Assembly (NCBI GenBank): GCA_040285855.1
Contig: JAUFOQ010000005.1
Location: forward strand, 620,001-684,000
DNA from: Eukaryota sp. GEM-RC1
Taxonomy: Eukaryota
Direction of reading: 5' to 3'
DNA length: 64,000 nt
Position numbers and translations under genes: made by a program. Of this stretch, positions 61,325-64,000 are shown in pieces. The notes beneath the pieces were generated by a model that was not told the origin of the DNA, did not search any database, and saw only the letters and a list, made by a program, of their open reading frames with translations. Each line of letters opens with the position of its first letter. The first letter of the stretch is position 1.

Positions 61325-62715
61325 ATGAACTCCAGCTCACAGCCACGTGTTGTACTCGATCACAGCTTCATCATCGAATTGGATTTGCCCAATGATCCTG
61401 CGTTCCCATATGGCCAGGATTCTCAACAAAGTGATAACAATCCAATCGTCACTGCAGAGAAGGAAGTACGAAAGAACTTCGATCTTAAGTACAAGCTCAT
61501 TGTGGCAAATTATGCAGAGTTGCACAACAACAATTCAAGAGCTGCTAAACAATTCAACGTAGCACGAACCAATGTGCGAAAATGGCGAACTCAACTGGTT
61601 GATATTCGAGATGTACTCAGTGAGTCAAGGAAGAATGTGAGCCGAAAAAGACTTCACGGCGGAGGTCTTTCTATAAAGGACCAGGGCTTAGAAGAGGAAC
61701 TACTGTACCGATTCCATGAAGAAGGACTGCTTCACAGAGTTGTTACAAAGACCGACATCCTAAATTGGACTCAAGAACTGAATGGACCTTTTGTTGCTGA
61801 ACAACTAACAACAGGCTTTGTTGATAAGTTTCTTGAAAGAAATCAGTTGGTTTTGCGGAAACCCAACAAATCAATTGCCATTGATGATGAGGTCATATTT
61901 TCCAGAGCTGCCAAGTTTTTGAAACATTTTTGGAAATTGCTTGAAGTATTTCCCACTACTAGATCCAACATCATCAATCTAGACGAAACATCGATTTATA
62001 TTGACTGCTCACAATCCACTATTGCTGTTCGGGGCTCACAGTCGGTTACAGTTCTCAAATCCGGCCACGAGAAGTTACGAGTTACTGCCTTAATGGCAGA
62101 CAAAGCTGATGGGACTAAAATTAAGCCAACGCTGTTCTTGAATAGAAAGGGATCAGCTCAAATAATTGAAAATGCTGACTGTTATATTGTCTATTGTGAA
62201 AAAGTTGGACCAATAGCCAAGTGTTCATCATGTGGTTGGATTTTGTTTTTACCTCAGCTGAACTGAGGGACGCTCTTTTGTATCTGACAGTGCTCCAGGC
62301 CACAAATCATTGAAGTCAAAGAGTTTCTTACAAAGAAAGAATTCAAAATTTGTAATTCTTCCAGGAACTACTGGATTGCTACAACCAGCAGATGTAGTTT
62401 GGTTTGGTCCTTTCAAACAATTGTTGAGGACAAAAATTAAGAACTGGTTGTACACTGACTGTCAATGTACTGCACAAGGTAACATCCACAAGCCAAAAAG
62501 ACCAGGAGTTGATCAGTTGGGTATCTGAATCTTGGCAGCAAGTTCCTGAATCATTAATTCGGAAATCCTTTGATATATGCTATTTTGTGCCTGTTGAAGA
62601 ATTGTTTTTCGTGAAGCATTTAGAAAACGGTAGAAGATTTCTAGAGGTTTTATCAGAGACTCCTGAAGCAGTGATTGTGGAAAACATTGATGAAAATACA
62701 GAAGATCTCTTCTAG
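61325..62715 (+). CDS. pogo-family DDD transposase (Brinker-like HTH + CENP-B HTH + DDE_1), frameshifts ~62200 and ~62500
   Basis: FDLKYKL..RAAKQFNVARTNVRKWR; GFVDKFLERNQL; NLDETSI; GHEKLRVTAL; FVSDSAPGH; LQPADVVWFGPFK; LIRKSFDIC. Confidence 0.9.
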
Positions 62716-64000
62716 ATACAAGTGTCATCTCATCATTTAATTTTCTTTTAGCATTCTGTGTAGTATTTTGTTCAATGAATTCATTTTGGTTGATTAACTT
62801 TTACACACTGACGTTAGACTAGTTTCATTGAATGATTTGATCACAGTTGAGGAGTTGTTTGAGATGAGCAGTGTACTACCAGTACCAGTACTGTTCATGA
62901 GTAACAACTGCAGTGTCGTTAAGAGTTGAAACGGATCCACAATCAGATCGCTGAAAAATCTTCTGCTGACAATTTCTCACTCTGACTTTCTCAGTCTTCA
63001 GAATGTTTCAAATGACTCTTTTCAGTTGATTCTACAACACAAAGTTCTCAGAGAGGAGTTTCTGAACATCTTGGTTCTGATTCTTCCTTCCACAGCATGA
63101 TGTAGCCATATATAGACGAATCAAGTATTGGCATTATACATAATGCTAGCTTTTTCATCGTAACGTCATATGAATACAGTCTTCATTTGTGAAAAGATGT
63201 CAACTTGGAGCCGTGTTCTTGTACTTCTGATGCTATTGGATATGATCACCTTCAGTACAACGTTGTACAGTAAGTTCACATTTTTGTTCTACTGGTAGAA
63301 TGTATGTCATTAGATGCTATAGAAACTTGAGATGTTTTTTGATTTATACATATTCCTAACATTACACCAACATCGAAATAAAACAGTAAAACACATAGAC
63401 TAGGACGATGATGTAAAAGTGAAGAACCGGACAGAGTTCATTCGATACAGGTAAGAGAGATGATTTCCATGGATGCCATGTATTTGGGTTCAAGAATCAA
63501 GGCACCGCAAAGAATCTACTGTTTTGTTGACCGAAGACAGAATGTTTCAACAGTACAACGTGGAATTTGTTGAGTCCGAAACGTCGAAGATCATGTAAAG
63601 AATACCACAGAAATATAGTTCTTGGACAGTCAAATACGGGGAAAATATTGGTTTCCCACCATGAAATCCCATGATGCACTTGTAGAACACAACGGAAGGA
63701 CAAAAGTCAAGTCGGGAAGTGCTCAACAAGAAGTCATGATCTCTAATGATGTGTTTTCGAGCAACTTGAAGCAGAAAGACAAGATAAGACAGTTCTGAAG
63801 TACATCAGCGTAAGAAGACATGGCGATGTACGAAATGAGGAGAGAGGAAGGGGAGGAGTGGTAGGTCAAAATTGCAAAAGAAGAAAGTGGACGGTCAAAA
63901 ATGTAGACGTGAAGGTCATAAAGAATTCAAATTTGAAAATTCACTGGGTCAAAAACACATGAAATTTTAGAGAAATATTGCAAATATTTTTGATCGAAGG

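Larger units (their letters stand above)
59301..64000 (+). mobile_element. pogo/Tigger-like transposon ~4.75 kb; right TIR predicted to end ~57 bp past the window end
   Basis: TA + ctctaaaccatctactacaacgccacccccaaa at 59301; window end equals the reverse complement of 52738 onward, so the right TIR should follow. Confidence 0.85.

Overview
AT-rich eukaryotic (protist-like) genomic DNA using the standard code, with very short GT-AG introns. The ribonuclease-inhibitor-type LRR genes and tiny introns are compatible with a metamonad-like flagellate, but that is an unverified inference. Two expanded gene families dominate. (1) Three genes of ~1400-1560 aa, each an N-terminal PH domain (split by a 29-nt intron) followed by a long array of DUF4476-like helical repeats. 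(2) Four tandem genes, three starting with an MGxxxS myristoylation motif, plus one divergent relative. These appear to contain catalytically degenerate DEDDy 3'-5' exonuclease folds, with near-identical N-halves and divergent, sometimes multiplied, C-terminal modules. Also present are two LRR genes, an N-lobe-truncated CaMKK-like kinase abutting a PH-repeat gene, and a truncated degenerate SNF2 ATPase. The transposon load is dense: a near-complete hAT transposase, a pogo element with cargo plus an inverted partial copy, about nine hAT-type MITE families (most with 8-bp TSDs, several nested), Tc1-type MITEs, a 5'-truncated non-LTR insertion and LTR-retroelement remnants. Most frameshifts in the long genes lie in homopolymers without in-frame stops and are probably long-read errors. 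All domain calls are by-eye motif recognition; no searches were run.
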